Source: Takakia lepidozioides (Eukaryota > Plantae > Bryophyta). From it: a stretch of DNA of 64,000 bases. Positions 10,968-21,923 of the stretch are shown here, one piece after another (the stretch's first letter is position 1; the number at the start of each line of letters is the position of its first letter). Under the pieces are notes generated by a model. The model did not search any database. It had not been told where the DNA came from and saw only the letters and a program-made list of their open reading frames with translations. The stretch covers positions 47,120,001 to 47,184,000 of the forward strand of contig CM060733.1 in assembly GCA_030704615.1 (NCBI GenBank), read 5' to 3'. The position numbers and the translations under genes were made by a program.

Positions 10968-13900
10968 ATGAGGATGGAAAGAGTGGAGGAAGAGGAAAAG
11001 GAGGAAGAAGAGGGAATACAGGAAAGTGTGGCGATGGAGGAGCAGGAATCTGGAGAAGAACAACAACCCAACATAGTTCCAGGAACAGGCGAGGAGGACA
11101 CTGCGTCTGAGGGAGAGACAGACGACATGGAGGAAGATGTTGACACTGGCCTCACGAAGAATCTGACCACGGGAAAGAGGAAGGGGGAGAGGCTCACCTA
11201 CATAGTCGGCGAAGAGAGCAGCCCGAAGCGGAAAGGGTCCCCGGCAACTGGGGAGTCTTCTCGAGTACCTACGAAAAAGGTAAAATCTACAGGACCCACA
11301 TTTGTGAAGAATTCGGCTTTCAATGGCAGGTATTTGAGAAAGAAAGAACCATTCAGTGGCAGCTCAAACAGTGTGCGTTGCCGCACACTGTTTGAGCTGC
11401 ACAAGTCACTGTTTAAGGGTGCAAAATTCTTCCTTCAACGACACCTTTCTGAGGATGAAATGAACCCTGCACTTCCAACTCAAACAGTGTGCGGCAACGC
11501 ACACTGTTTGAGCAAGTCTTCTCAATGTTTTAGGGTGCAAAATTTGGCCTTGGAGTCAGTTATCTGCGGGTGAAATGAACCCTTCACTGCCAGCCCAAAC
11601 AGTGTGCGGCAACGCACACTGTTTGAGCTGAACATTTCAATGTTTTAGGGTGCGAAATTTGGACTTCAGGGGCACCTTTCTGAGGATGGAATGAACCCTG
11701 CACTGCCAGCTCAAACAGTGTGCGGCAACGCACACTGTTTGAGCTGAACATTTCAATGTTTTAGGGTGCAAAATTTGGACTGCAGGGGCACCTATGTGAG
11801 GATGAAATGAACCTTTCACTGTCAGCCCAAACAGTGTGCGGCAACGCACACTGTTTGAGCTGAACATTTCAATGTTTTAGGGTGCAAAATTTGGTCTTGC
11901 TGTCTGTTATCTGAGGGTGAAATGAACCCTTCACTGCCAGCTCAGACAGTGTGCGGCAACGCACACTGTTTGAGCTGAACATTTCAATGTTTCAGGGTGC
12001 AAAATTTGGACTTCAGGGGCACCTATCTTAGGGTGAAATGAACCCTTCACTGCCAGCTCAGAAAGTGTGCGGCAACGCACACTGTTTGAGCTGAACATTT
12101 CAATGTTTCAGGGTGCAAAATTTGGACTTCAGGGGCACCTATAATAGGATGAAATGAACCCTTCCCTGTCAGCCCAAACAGTGTGCGGCAACGCACACTG
12201 TTTGAGCTGAACATTTCAATGTTTCTGGGTGCAAAATTTGGACTTCAGGGTGACCTGTTTGAGGATGAAATGAACCCTTCACTGTCAGCCCAAACAGTGT
12301 GCGGCAACGCACACTGTTTGAGCTGAACATTTCAATGTTTCAGGGTGCAAAATTTGGTCTTGCTGTCTGTTATCTGAGGTTGAAATGAACCCTTCACAAC
12401 CAGCTCAAACAGTGTGCGGCAACGCACACTGTTTGAGCAGAGCTTTTCAATGTTTTAGGGTGCAAAATTTGGTCTTGCTGTCTGTTATCTGAGGGTGAAA
12501 TGAACCCTTCACTGCCAGCTCAGACAGTGTGCGGCAACGCACACTGTTTGAGCTGAACATTTCAATGTTTCAGGGTGCAAAATTTGGACTTCAGGGGCAC
12601 CTATCTTAGGGTGAAATGAACCCTTCACTGCCAGCTCAGACAGTGTGCGGCAACGCACACTGTTTGAGCTGATCATTTCAATGTTTCAGGGTGCAAAATT
12701 TGGACTTCAGGGGCACCTATAATAGGATGAAATGAACCCTTCACTGTCAGCCCAAACAGTGTGCGGTAACGCACACTGTTTGAGCTGAACATTTCAATGT
12801 TTCTGGGTGCAAAATTTGGACTTCAGGGTGACCTGTTTGAGGATGAAATGAACCCTTCACTGTCAGCCCAAACAGTGTGCGGCAACGCACACTGTTTGAG
12901 CTGAACATTTCAATGTTTCAGGGTGCAAAATTTGGACTTCAGGGGCACCTATGTGAGGATGAAATGAACCCTTCACTGTCAGCCAAAACAGTGTGCGGCA
13001 ACGCACACTGTTTGAGCTGAACATTTCAATGTTTTAGGGTGCAAAATTTGGTCTTGCTGTCTGTTATCTGAGGTTGAAATGAACCCTTCACAACCAGCTC
13101 ACACAGTGTGCGGCAACGCACACTGTTTGAGCAGATCTTTTCAATGTTTTAGGGTGCAAAATTTGGTCTTGCTGTCTGTTATCTGGGGGTGAAATGAACC
13201 CTTCACTGCCAGCTCAGAAAGTGTGCGGCAACGCACACTGTTTGAGCTGAACATTTCAATGTTTCTGGGTGCAAAATTTGGATTTCAGGGGCACCTGTTT
13301 GAGGATGAAATGAACCCTTCACTGTCAGCCCAAACAGTGTGCGGCAACGCACACTATTTGAGATGAACATTTCAATGTTTCTGGGTGCAAAATTTGCACT
13401 TCAGGGGCACCTATGTGAGGATGAAATGAACCCTTCACTGTCAGCCCAAACAGTGTGCGGCAACGCACACTTTTTGAGCTGAACATTTCAATGTTTTAGG
13501 GTGCAAAATTTGGTCTTCAGTGTAACATTTCTGGGGATAAAATGAACCCTTCACTATCAGCTCAAACAGTCTGCGGAACCGCACACTATTTAGGCAGAAC
13601 ATATCAATATTGAAGGGCGCAACCTTCGGCCCTCATGGGCACATATCTGAGGATGAAATGAATCCTTTACTGCCAGCTCAAACAGTGTGCGGCAACGCAC
13701 ACTGTTTGAGCAGAACTTTTCAATGTTCTTTCCCTGTGAAAATCGGGAACATAGGGCAGGTCCGTGAGGATCAATGAACACTTACCTGGCAGCTCAAAGA
13801 ACACTTACCTGTTTGATCCCACTTTTTCATGCATCAGTCGACGTTTCATTCCTCTCTTATAAGAATTTGAGTGAACAACCTTGCAGGAGAAAATGCAAAG

Positions 13901-16900
13901 TGTGGCGGATGAGGTCCCTCAGGGTCAGGGGAAGGAGACCATAGTTGATGTTGACGATGAGTTTTATGAAAGCAAAGCCGCTGAGATGCTGGGGGGTCAA
14001 AAGGTGAACTCTCAGCTTGTGGTTCAAAGTATGCTTGCTCCTGGTGGGAGGTTGAAGATTCCCCTGTGTAGGTTGGTTTCCATGCCCGTCATTCGTCCAC
14101 CCCTTGTCAAAGACATTCTCAAGCTGGAGGCCGAGTTTGTTCATGGGTATTTGGATGGATCCGCAGTCTTTTACGTTTCTACTAGGGATTCTAGAGGTAA
14201 CGAGCTCCTTGTGGATGAGTCAATCGTCGACTCCTGGGACCCCATTTGGAGACAGGTGAACGAATCCTTCGAACTTCTTCTCTCCAGGAAACCTTCCACC
14301 CAGGTATTCTCGGGGAAGATGTTTCACGTTTGGGATGACAACCACCGGTTGCTTGCATGGATGGCTGTCATTGGGAGGCTGCACTCACAGGAGGAAGAGT
14401 GGCATTACTCTGTTCGATCGATGGTGCTTGATTGTGACGACAACATGATGGGTCTTCTGACGGCAATGAATGATGTGAACAGGTTGGTTTCTCATTGTAC
14501 ATGTTGCACTTCTGGTTCCGTTCTTCCTTGATTCAAGTCCTTGAATTACATTCTGAAATTCAGATATCATTCTGCAGAGGGACGGAGACATCGCATGTCA
14601 AAACGAGTCTGGTTCACACACTGTATAGGATACAAAGGATCGGGCAGATGCCCTTGACCAACTTCAAGACCATCCTTTCGGCAGAGATGTATAAGAAATG
14701 CGAAAGCTCCAAGACTTCGGAAACATGGTACTCGTTGACCCGTGAGGCTTTCATGGAGTACATGTACACGGTGAGATACATCTTCCTTCATCTGGCCTTT
14801 CCATATTCCTGCTTCCACATGTTTGTTTCTGTCTGTCTCCCTTGACCTTGGATTGATGCAACTCTCTTGCATTCCCTTGCAGCAAGACATTGCAGATGCA
14901 GGGGAGCGTGGCAAACTGGAATACTATAGCTCTACCCCTGAGGAGAGAAGGACAGCAAAGGGGGTTGAAAGTCACATCCAGAAGGAGATGAACGCTACAA
15001 GAAGGACAATAATGAGTGCTTTTGTGAAGCAGTTGAGAATGGCCGACCCATCATTCGGGCCGCAGTTTCTCCTGGAGATAAAAAACCATTATAACAAGCC
15101 AGGCAAGCCGGAGATGGCCCAGGAGAAGTTGCACAGGTTGTCTACCGCCGTCGTGTCTTCTGAACAGAAGGTGAAGTGGCTACAGATATGGAACTCCGAT
15201 CCCACAGTTAGGGATACCCACATGTTCCCAAGGCCAGAGAAAGAGAAGAAGACCCAGCGTGTCGTTCCTGTCAGTGACAATGTGCTGGACACCTGGCTTC
15301 ACAAGGCCACTTACTGGAGCCAGGTGTGATGTCCTCTCGTATCTCACTTTCTTTTCTCTTTTCCTGTCCTTCTCTTCCCATTGCCTCTTACATTCGCTGT
15401 GACTGTTTTTGGGTTCATTCTTCCATTTCAATTGTTTTGCAGTTGGAAGAAAGGGCCCGATCGGTTCTGCATACTCAGCTGGCTGACTATGGCATCACTA
15501 TGACAGCTCCGAAGGTCTCCTTCGAAGCTTACATGAGGAAATGGAGAGCCACAGTGTGGCACTCTGGTTTCTTTAGAGAGTTCAGCAAGGAGGGTGGCAT
15601 CAGTCGAACAAATGAGCTTGACCAGCAGGAAAAAGGAGAGGAAGCCTGGAAACGATGCCTTTACAGGTGCACACCCTTGCACTCTTTACTTGTGTTGTGG
15701 TTGCAATGTGTTGTGTGGCATACTGTTTAAGGGGGTCTTCCTGGTGTGTTGAAAAAGCTGGGACACAATATGTGTACTGGAAAATGAGGCTGTGTCTGTT
15801 CCTGCAGGTACATTAGGTTTGTTCTCTTGGAAGAGAATTGCTTGGACAAACATCCAGATTTCGTGGACCTTTGGCTTGTCCCTGCTGGCAACCAGACCAT
15901 GTTCACTGCTGGGATCTTGCATGACTGGGGCCCAGACCATCTTTCTTCTTGTGGTTGGTATTTGGATTGCCCTCCTTCAGAGACCCCAGCTGTAGAGTTG
16001 TCTTTGAGGAGAGAGAATGACCGTATTGCAGCCACTGCCGCAGCAGCGGACCTCGACATTCATGAGCGTAATCTGAGGACTCTTGCAGAGAAGGAGCCTC
16101 CCGCTCAGGATACCCCGGGTAGAGGAAGAAAGGCAAAGGGAAAAGATGTTGCTGGTGTTGTGGGGAAGGGAAGGGGTAGAGGGAAGGTGGCACAAGGGCA
16201 GGGAAGTGTTGCAGCTATTGGCCCTGTGGAGCATGTCCAGCAGACTCCACCGCATGGTAGGGGATCCGGGAGAAAAAACAAGGGGGTGGTTGATCCCAAG
16301 GACCCGTACCATGCAGTGGAACATCCCACGAGGGTCATTCGTCCAACCAGGTTGGAGATTGCCAACGTCGGGTTCCTTGCCATGATGGAGTCGAAGAAAT
16401 CTGATTACAAGGGCGAGCCATCACCAGTGTGGGAGAGGATTGTCGAGTTCCTCAGCACGGTGCGTGTTCTCTTTGGGTTCTGTGGCTTCTGCTCTCTTTG
16501 TCTGCTGTGGGCATGGATCGTTTATAAACTTGTCAGAATTCCATTGTATTTTTGTTTGCAGGCTAAAATGACCAAATCGTGGGTGAACGGGAAGGAGAAG
16601 CCATATGCAGCGGAACTCATCATCTTGGACATCCCTGATGGGTTGGCAGTCCCGGATATCCCTCCATCGGGTGCTTGTCCGGGTTGGAATGCATTTGATG
16701 AGCGCTACTGGCGGTGGGTTTTTTCCTTTTGCAACTTCTTCCTTTCCGATGCAGGTGTTTTGGTTCTCATCCAGTCCATCGATGTTCGGTGTCGCCGTGC
16801 CCTTGCCAGCTATTTGAAAGCCTCGGGCATGAGAGTCGTGAAGACATGGAATTGTGTGAACAGCATGTACCTTACGAAGGGGGATCGTCCGGGAGAGATG

Positions 16901-17621
16901 GTGAGTTTCCCTTCTTCTTCCTCTTCTTTTTTGTTCTGGGATTGTGTTGTATAGGTCGCTCGAACTCATATGTAGGGGCCCGATTTTATTTTGGTTCTTA
17001 GTTCCTTGTGGATGTCATGTTCGCAGACTCGTTGTTTGAAGCTGTTTGTCTCGTCCGGGTGCATCCACCAACGACTCCGGCCGGCATTACGGAGTTTGCC
17101 ATCACTCACGGGGGCAAGTTCATAGATGACAGGACAGATCCTCCCACGGATGACATGCATCACAACTACGTCGACAGCAACTTGTGCTTGCGAAGGGGGA
17201 ATGGGGTTCCTTGGAGAGGGGCGAGGGAGAGGAGCCCGGCTTTCATTCAAACGATTGTGGAGTGCTGCACCTACACAGACGCCAGAGTTCTGGATTTGTC
17301 GATGGGCACAGGTTCGTCTCTTCAACATTCACATTTCATGAGGTTTGATTGAGCTTGCACTTTCAGCACTTTCCACCGTTCCGAATGTGTCTTCAATGTC
17401 TGCTTACTTCATTCTATTCCACTGCAGGTGCTTCGTACCACGCTTGCAAGGCCAGTGCGCGACATGTCTTTGGGATTGAAGGGGATGCTGAGATTTACAA
17501 GAACCTCCTGATGGGTTTGGGTGGACACACTTCTCAGGTCCTTCCGAAGCCCCGTCCCGCTGATACTGGTACAGAGGAGACTTCTGACAAGGAGCTGGAC
17601 TCCGACTTTGCCTGTGAGTAA
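10968..17621 (+). CDS. Multi-exon protein: acidic N-terminus + ParB/Sulfiredoxin-like domain + C-terminal beta-class N4C/N6A DNA methyltransferase-like domain (~1086 aa)
   Basis: Phase-consistent GT-AG exon chain: 10968-11279, 13887-14482, 14578-14770, 14883-15323, 15443-15666, 15808-16459, 16562-16900, 17002-17311, 17428-17621 (3261 nt; start codon and exon-8 acceptor least certain). ParB-like IPLCRL...R...FHVWDDNHRLLAW. MTase motif IV-like LIILDIPDG precedes motif X/I RERSPAFIQTIVECCT...RVLDLSMGTGASYHACKASARHVFGIEGD. Confidence 0.75.
11360..13730 (+). repeat. Tandem array of 21 x 115/116-bp units, each with an ~18-bp-stem hairpin and a variable ~25-nt segment
   Basis: Core cagctcaaacagtgtgcg-GCAA-cgcacactgtttgagctg with loop starts at 11378, 11494, 11609, 11725, 11841, 11956, 12072, 12188, 12304, 12419, 12534, 12650, 12766, 12882, 12998, 13113, 13228, 13344, 13460, 13576, 13692. 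Degenerate remnants on both sides (to ~13820). Confidence 0.97.
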
Positions 17622-18260
17622 GTTCAACCTGTGCATGCTTGCATTGTTGTTTCAATATCGAGAATCGCTGTTCTTGAGGCAAAGTGCACATGGGAGACAT
17701 CCTCTTCGTTGGACTTGTGCATTGCATCATTGTGTTAAAAATGGGATTTTGTGGACATGTGTAGGAGTCCGCGTGCTTCCACTTGCCCTCCTGGGCTATC
17801 ACACCTATTTGGACTTGTTTTCAGTCCTCCTCGGTCTTGTGTGCTACCTGTCTATGCGGAGGCACTCGCAGCAAGCATGTCCGTTCATGGCACTCAGAGT
17901 CCACCTTGCGATGGCCTTCGTAGAACACGTGGTGTTGGGGCCAGAATCTTTGTAGATGACATAGCACAGGAGGTGGACACTGATTGTGATGACTGCGACA
18001 CTTGATATGAAGTATTCTTTTGGTTTAATTCTGGGACAAATTTGAAATGGGATGGTTGTGTGTCCTTATTGTCCTCTTTGCAATGTGTGCGTGGAATTCA
18101 CATTCATGGTTCCAAACTATTGTTGGAGATGGGGGTTGCATGGACTGCCCGGATTGTTCCTTCAATATATTTGTTGTTTTGTGGACCTCACAGACTTGAG
18201 TACATTGCAAAAACAAACAAACCACTTTGTTCTCAATTCTCAATTCTCCTCACATCAACC

Positions 18261-18313
18261 CGCGGAAATAGGTGACACCACTCGGAAATAGGTGACATCC
18301 GCGGAAATAGGCA
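18261..18313 (+). repeat. Subterminal direct repeats CGGAAATAGG(TGACA) x3 of the MULE-like element
   Basis: cgcggaaataggtgaca / ctcggaaataggtgaca / cgcggaaataggcac read directly. Confidence 0.8.
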
Positions 18314-18416
18314 CTGTTTGCATGCTGACGTGGCGTGAGCCTGTGCTGGGCTCACGCTTTCCTGGGCTCACAGGCTCACGCCTCCAGGCTCACGGAATAG
18401 CACCCCCCCCTCAACC

Positions 18417-19000
18417 ATGACCACAGCTTCTAAAAGAGGATCAAGAGAGGGAGTCCATAATGCCTCTTCTGGCTCTTCTGGGACTGTGAAGACGCTTTGT
18501 GAGGCAGGCAGACTGAAAGAGGCTTTACAACCTTTAAACCAAGGAGCATTTCAGCAGATTCAGATATGTATGTCTGTCTCTTGCTTAAGTGCATCAAATT
18601 GAAGGGTCTGGAAGCTGGAAAGCAGGTGCACACTCACATTATCCAAAGTGGATTCACGCCAAGTGTTTTTCTCCTCAACACCCTTGTGAACATGTATGTT
18701 AAGTGCAGGAGCATCATGAATGCACACCGAGTGTTCAATGGAATGCCTCAACGAACTTTGATCACGTTGAATATAATGTTGGCAGGATTTAACATGGGTG
18801 TGGTAGGAATGCTTTGGAGACCTATGAGCAACTGCATGTATGCCAAATGTGGGTGCATCGAGGATGCAAAGGAAGTGTTCGACAGTATGGCTGAACGAGA
18901 TGTGGTGTCGTGGAGTGCGATGATTGCAGGATATGCACAGCAAGGGCGCGGATGGAGGCTTTGGAGACCTATGAGCAATGATGCGGGAAGGGGTGATTCC
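18417..19000 (+). pseudogene. Decayed PLS-class PPR gene (N-terminal part)
   Basis: MTTASK...VKTLCEAGRLKEAL, then after a frameshift YVCLLLKCIKLKGLEAGKQVHTHIIQSG...NTLVNMYVKC...MYAKCGCIEDAKEVFDSMAERDVVSWSAMIAGYAQQG. Frameshifts and internal deletions are present. Confidence 0.8.
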
Positions 19001-20816
19001 CTGTGGAAAAATAGCTCCAATAAACCTGCATGGGTAGATGGTCAACTGGAAGCCGTAGCAGCAGCGGCACAATTGATAAAATCAGGCAATGCTAATCAAA
19101 GCACTTTCTTCAACACATTTCACTCTATTTTCCCCTCTTATCATAATCGCCCTAAATTTTCATGTTTTAAGAATTCTGCAAGTTAGCTGGTTGAGTGAAC
19201 CTTTGATAGTTTGGAGTGACTTTGACATGATATTGCCAAAGTGACAATAGGAAAGTATCCAGAAATAGGTAACAGAGAGGAGAAGCTATGGAATGAATAC
19301 TTTTCTGAGCCCAGTCAATGGTGGGACAACCGTCTTGGAAGGTAAATGCTTTTGGATTACAGAGTGGTAGATGCAATTGAGAATAGGAACTAGTGTGATA
19401 AGTTGAGTTGGGTGTTTGCTGGAACAAATCTAGGTTGCCATTGTCAGCTGCTAGCAACAATGCAAGGATGTATGCATGATTTGTGCAGAGGCATGAATAG
19501 CTGAAGGAGCAGGGATAGAGTGTCATCCAAGAGGGCCAGATTTCAAGCTCCACATTACTTATGATTCCCTGTGGAAGGATAGCTACAAGAAACTTGCATG
19601 GGTAGATGGTACATAGTTTGGAGTGATTTTGAGTGTTAGGTATGGAGTCATGCTCCAAAATAGGATTATAGAACCACAAGAAGTCATGAATCTTGGCATA
19701 TTAGCCTGACCACCTGGATGTGGATGGGGCATGCCTTGCCAAGTGGGCTACCTGGGGAATTAGAGGTAAATGAAGCATTGGGTTAAACTGCCTACCACAT
19801 ATGCAAGCAAAAGTTATGACAGATAAAATAGGTATGCCATGAGCCTTTCTGGTTGACATTGACGTTGAATGGTATACTCTAATGCGGCAGTTATACCAAG
19901 TCATGACCTACCACTGTGCACAAAGAAATGACTCCATACAGATTTGGAGGTGGCAAACCATATAGAATGTTTTAAGTGTATCTTTACTCCATTCATCTTG
20001 CAAGCGCTTCTTGGAAAATTAGGATGGGGTTCCATATGGTCCACCTGCTTGATGTTTAACATTTCATGTGCCAAAGCAAGCTTCACATTGTTCAAGTGGT
20101 GGCTCATGTGGCACCAATTATTTCCTAAGCAAGCAAGCATGTGTCAAGCAAGACCAGGTTGTGGAGGCTTAACAAATATTAAATGAGGGGGAAGCCTCTT
20201 CTCCGAACAATTTGTGGGGCTTCTGGCATACGGAAGGACTCATCTGCCACCTCCCTGAAATCCAGCTCTGGGTGGACAAATGCAGGCATATATTGAGTCA
20301 GATGAAGACATGGCTGAAAACACAAGAAGAACCTGTGATTTGATGCTGTCCTTCGTAAAATGTCTACAAAACTAGCTCTGTTTGTGTAGCATTATTTTAC
20401 ACATCAACCTTAACCTATTTGGGCACACATCAATTTCAGTTTTTGATTGATTGGTATGGGTGGTGTCTGGAATTGCAGTTGGAGCTGGCTCTTCACGCGG
20501 AGCGCCTAACAAACATGGAGCTGCACAAAAATATCACTAAACTACGAACTACCGGGGATATAGCATAGCACAAAAAAAATATGATCTGATCTGATCTGAT
20601 CTGAGCATCTATGGTTAGCAAGATGTTAGGGCTGAGTAGAAGGTCATGAAGGTGTCGGTTTACTCCTTGTTTTGGATTCACAAAGCTACTTCAAATGATT
20701 TACTCATCGACTTTGCTTGCCCCTGCATTATTATGAGATGCAGTTTCAAATCACACTCAATGAAACACTATTTGCTCACCAAGAGATCTTTGGGGACACA
20801 CAGACTGCAGTCAATA

Positions 20817-21920
20817 AGGAAGATGAAGGTGGTTGTTTGGGGTAACTGATGATGATGGGCATTCAGGTCTAAGTGCTGCAACTTGTGGCTGATGGCTGGT
20901 CGATTCCATGGGTATTATCGTAGTCACTAATTTGGGGCATCTTCACTTTAGGTCAATCATCCTTGGTGCGGCTATACTCTCGGTGGATGGGCTGGTTGGT
21001 CTGTAGCAATTAACTATGAACTGAAGCAAGGGAGACTGATCCATGGGTTATGTTTTGATTCCTTGAAGATGGGTTTCCATCTAGTGAGTGCAAGTGTGTA
21101 CTTCACGAAAAAGTGTGGTGGGAATTCGAGCCTCTCTCCTACCATTGCCTATAGCTCCAGTGAATGCCAAATTCAAGATAAGGCACACACAGGTAGAAAC
21201 TAGAAAACACGATGTGTGGATGTAGTAGAGAGATTTGTTTTTTTCTTTAAGAAAAAAACAGGTACTAGCATTGAGAGGGAGAGCGGGAAGGGAAGTTCGA
21301 CCCCTGCCCTAAGAAGCCACAATGATTACTCCTAACCACTGAACTACCCTTGATTCATGAAGGTAGGGTCATGTTTTGTATTTAAAGTCATTTAGGGCCT
21401 GGGTTCTGGCCCACTGGACCCTCCTTGTCCCCGCTGCCTCCCGGGTAGTACCCTCGCCTTCCAAAAGTGTCCAAAGTGGGCATTAAAGTTTTCCAGCCAT
21501 TTCCATTATTTTCCATGCAGAATCCAAAATCTTGAAAGTCCACAATGGTGTATATCCTATCCACGAGTATTCACTTAAGTCCAAAAATGTTCATTTAGGT
21601 TCCACAAAAGGTCCATAAACGTCCACAACTATATAATTAGGTGCTATGTTTAGAGATCTAAACGATTTTTTTTTCACTCCATTCTTGTTTCCCAAGCTTA
21701 ACGACAACATGCATAGGGTGCATGCAAAGTTTGAAGTCCAACTAAAATCATGTAGACCACAAACCACATGTGGTGTAGCGTGAGGGCACTCAAGCTTTAG
21801 TTTCTTTTCAACTTCCTACACTCTTCGTGTGAAGTAGGCCAAAGTAGCAAACATTGAAAGTTCATTTTATTATTATTATTTTTAAATCCCATCTTTTGCA
21901 TGGGTGTAGTACGATGAGTG
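20817..21920 (+). repeat. Left arm of a long inverted repeat (foldback)
   Basis: 20817-21089 is the reverse complement of 27179-27451, and ~21090-21920 is the reverse complement of ~25622-26440, with high identity by eye. Confidence 0.9.
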
Positions 21921-21923
21921 CTA

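Larger units (their letters stand above)
6065..18409. mobile_element. ~12.3-kb Mutator-like (MULE) DNA transposon without long TIRs, carrying a transposase and a ParB-like/DNA-methyltransferase-like gene
   Basis: Direct repeat (cc)tcaaccat at 6055-6064 and 18409-18418 is an 8-10-bp TSD (length blurred by a poly-C run). Both ends carry clusters of GTGAGC/GCTCAC motifs (6078-6137; 18333-18395). Internal MULE-type DDE transposase with SWIM finger. Confidence 0.85.

Noticed and set aside
11280-11573. Read-through of ORF 10818-11573 into the array as real coding sequence
   Set aside because: A phase-compatible splice donor at 11280 explains the ORF better; the remainder is translated repeat. ORFs 11637-11867 and 13590-13781 are likewise repeat-derived.
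11360-13730. CRISPR array
   Set aside because: The constant part is ~90 bp, the variable segments are related to each other and recur, no cas genes are present, and the context is a eukaryotic intron.
11360-13730. Box C/D snoRNA or TIGR-like array
   Set aside because: CTGA occurs but there is no convincing RTGATGA box C at proper spacing, and no Nop-domain protein is seen nearby.
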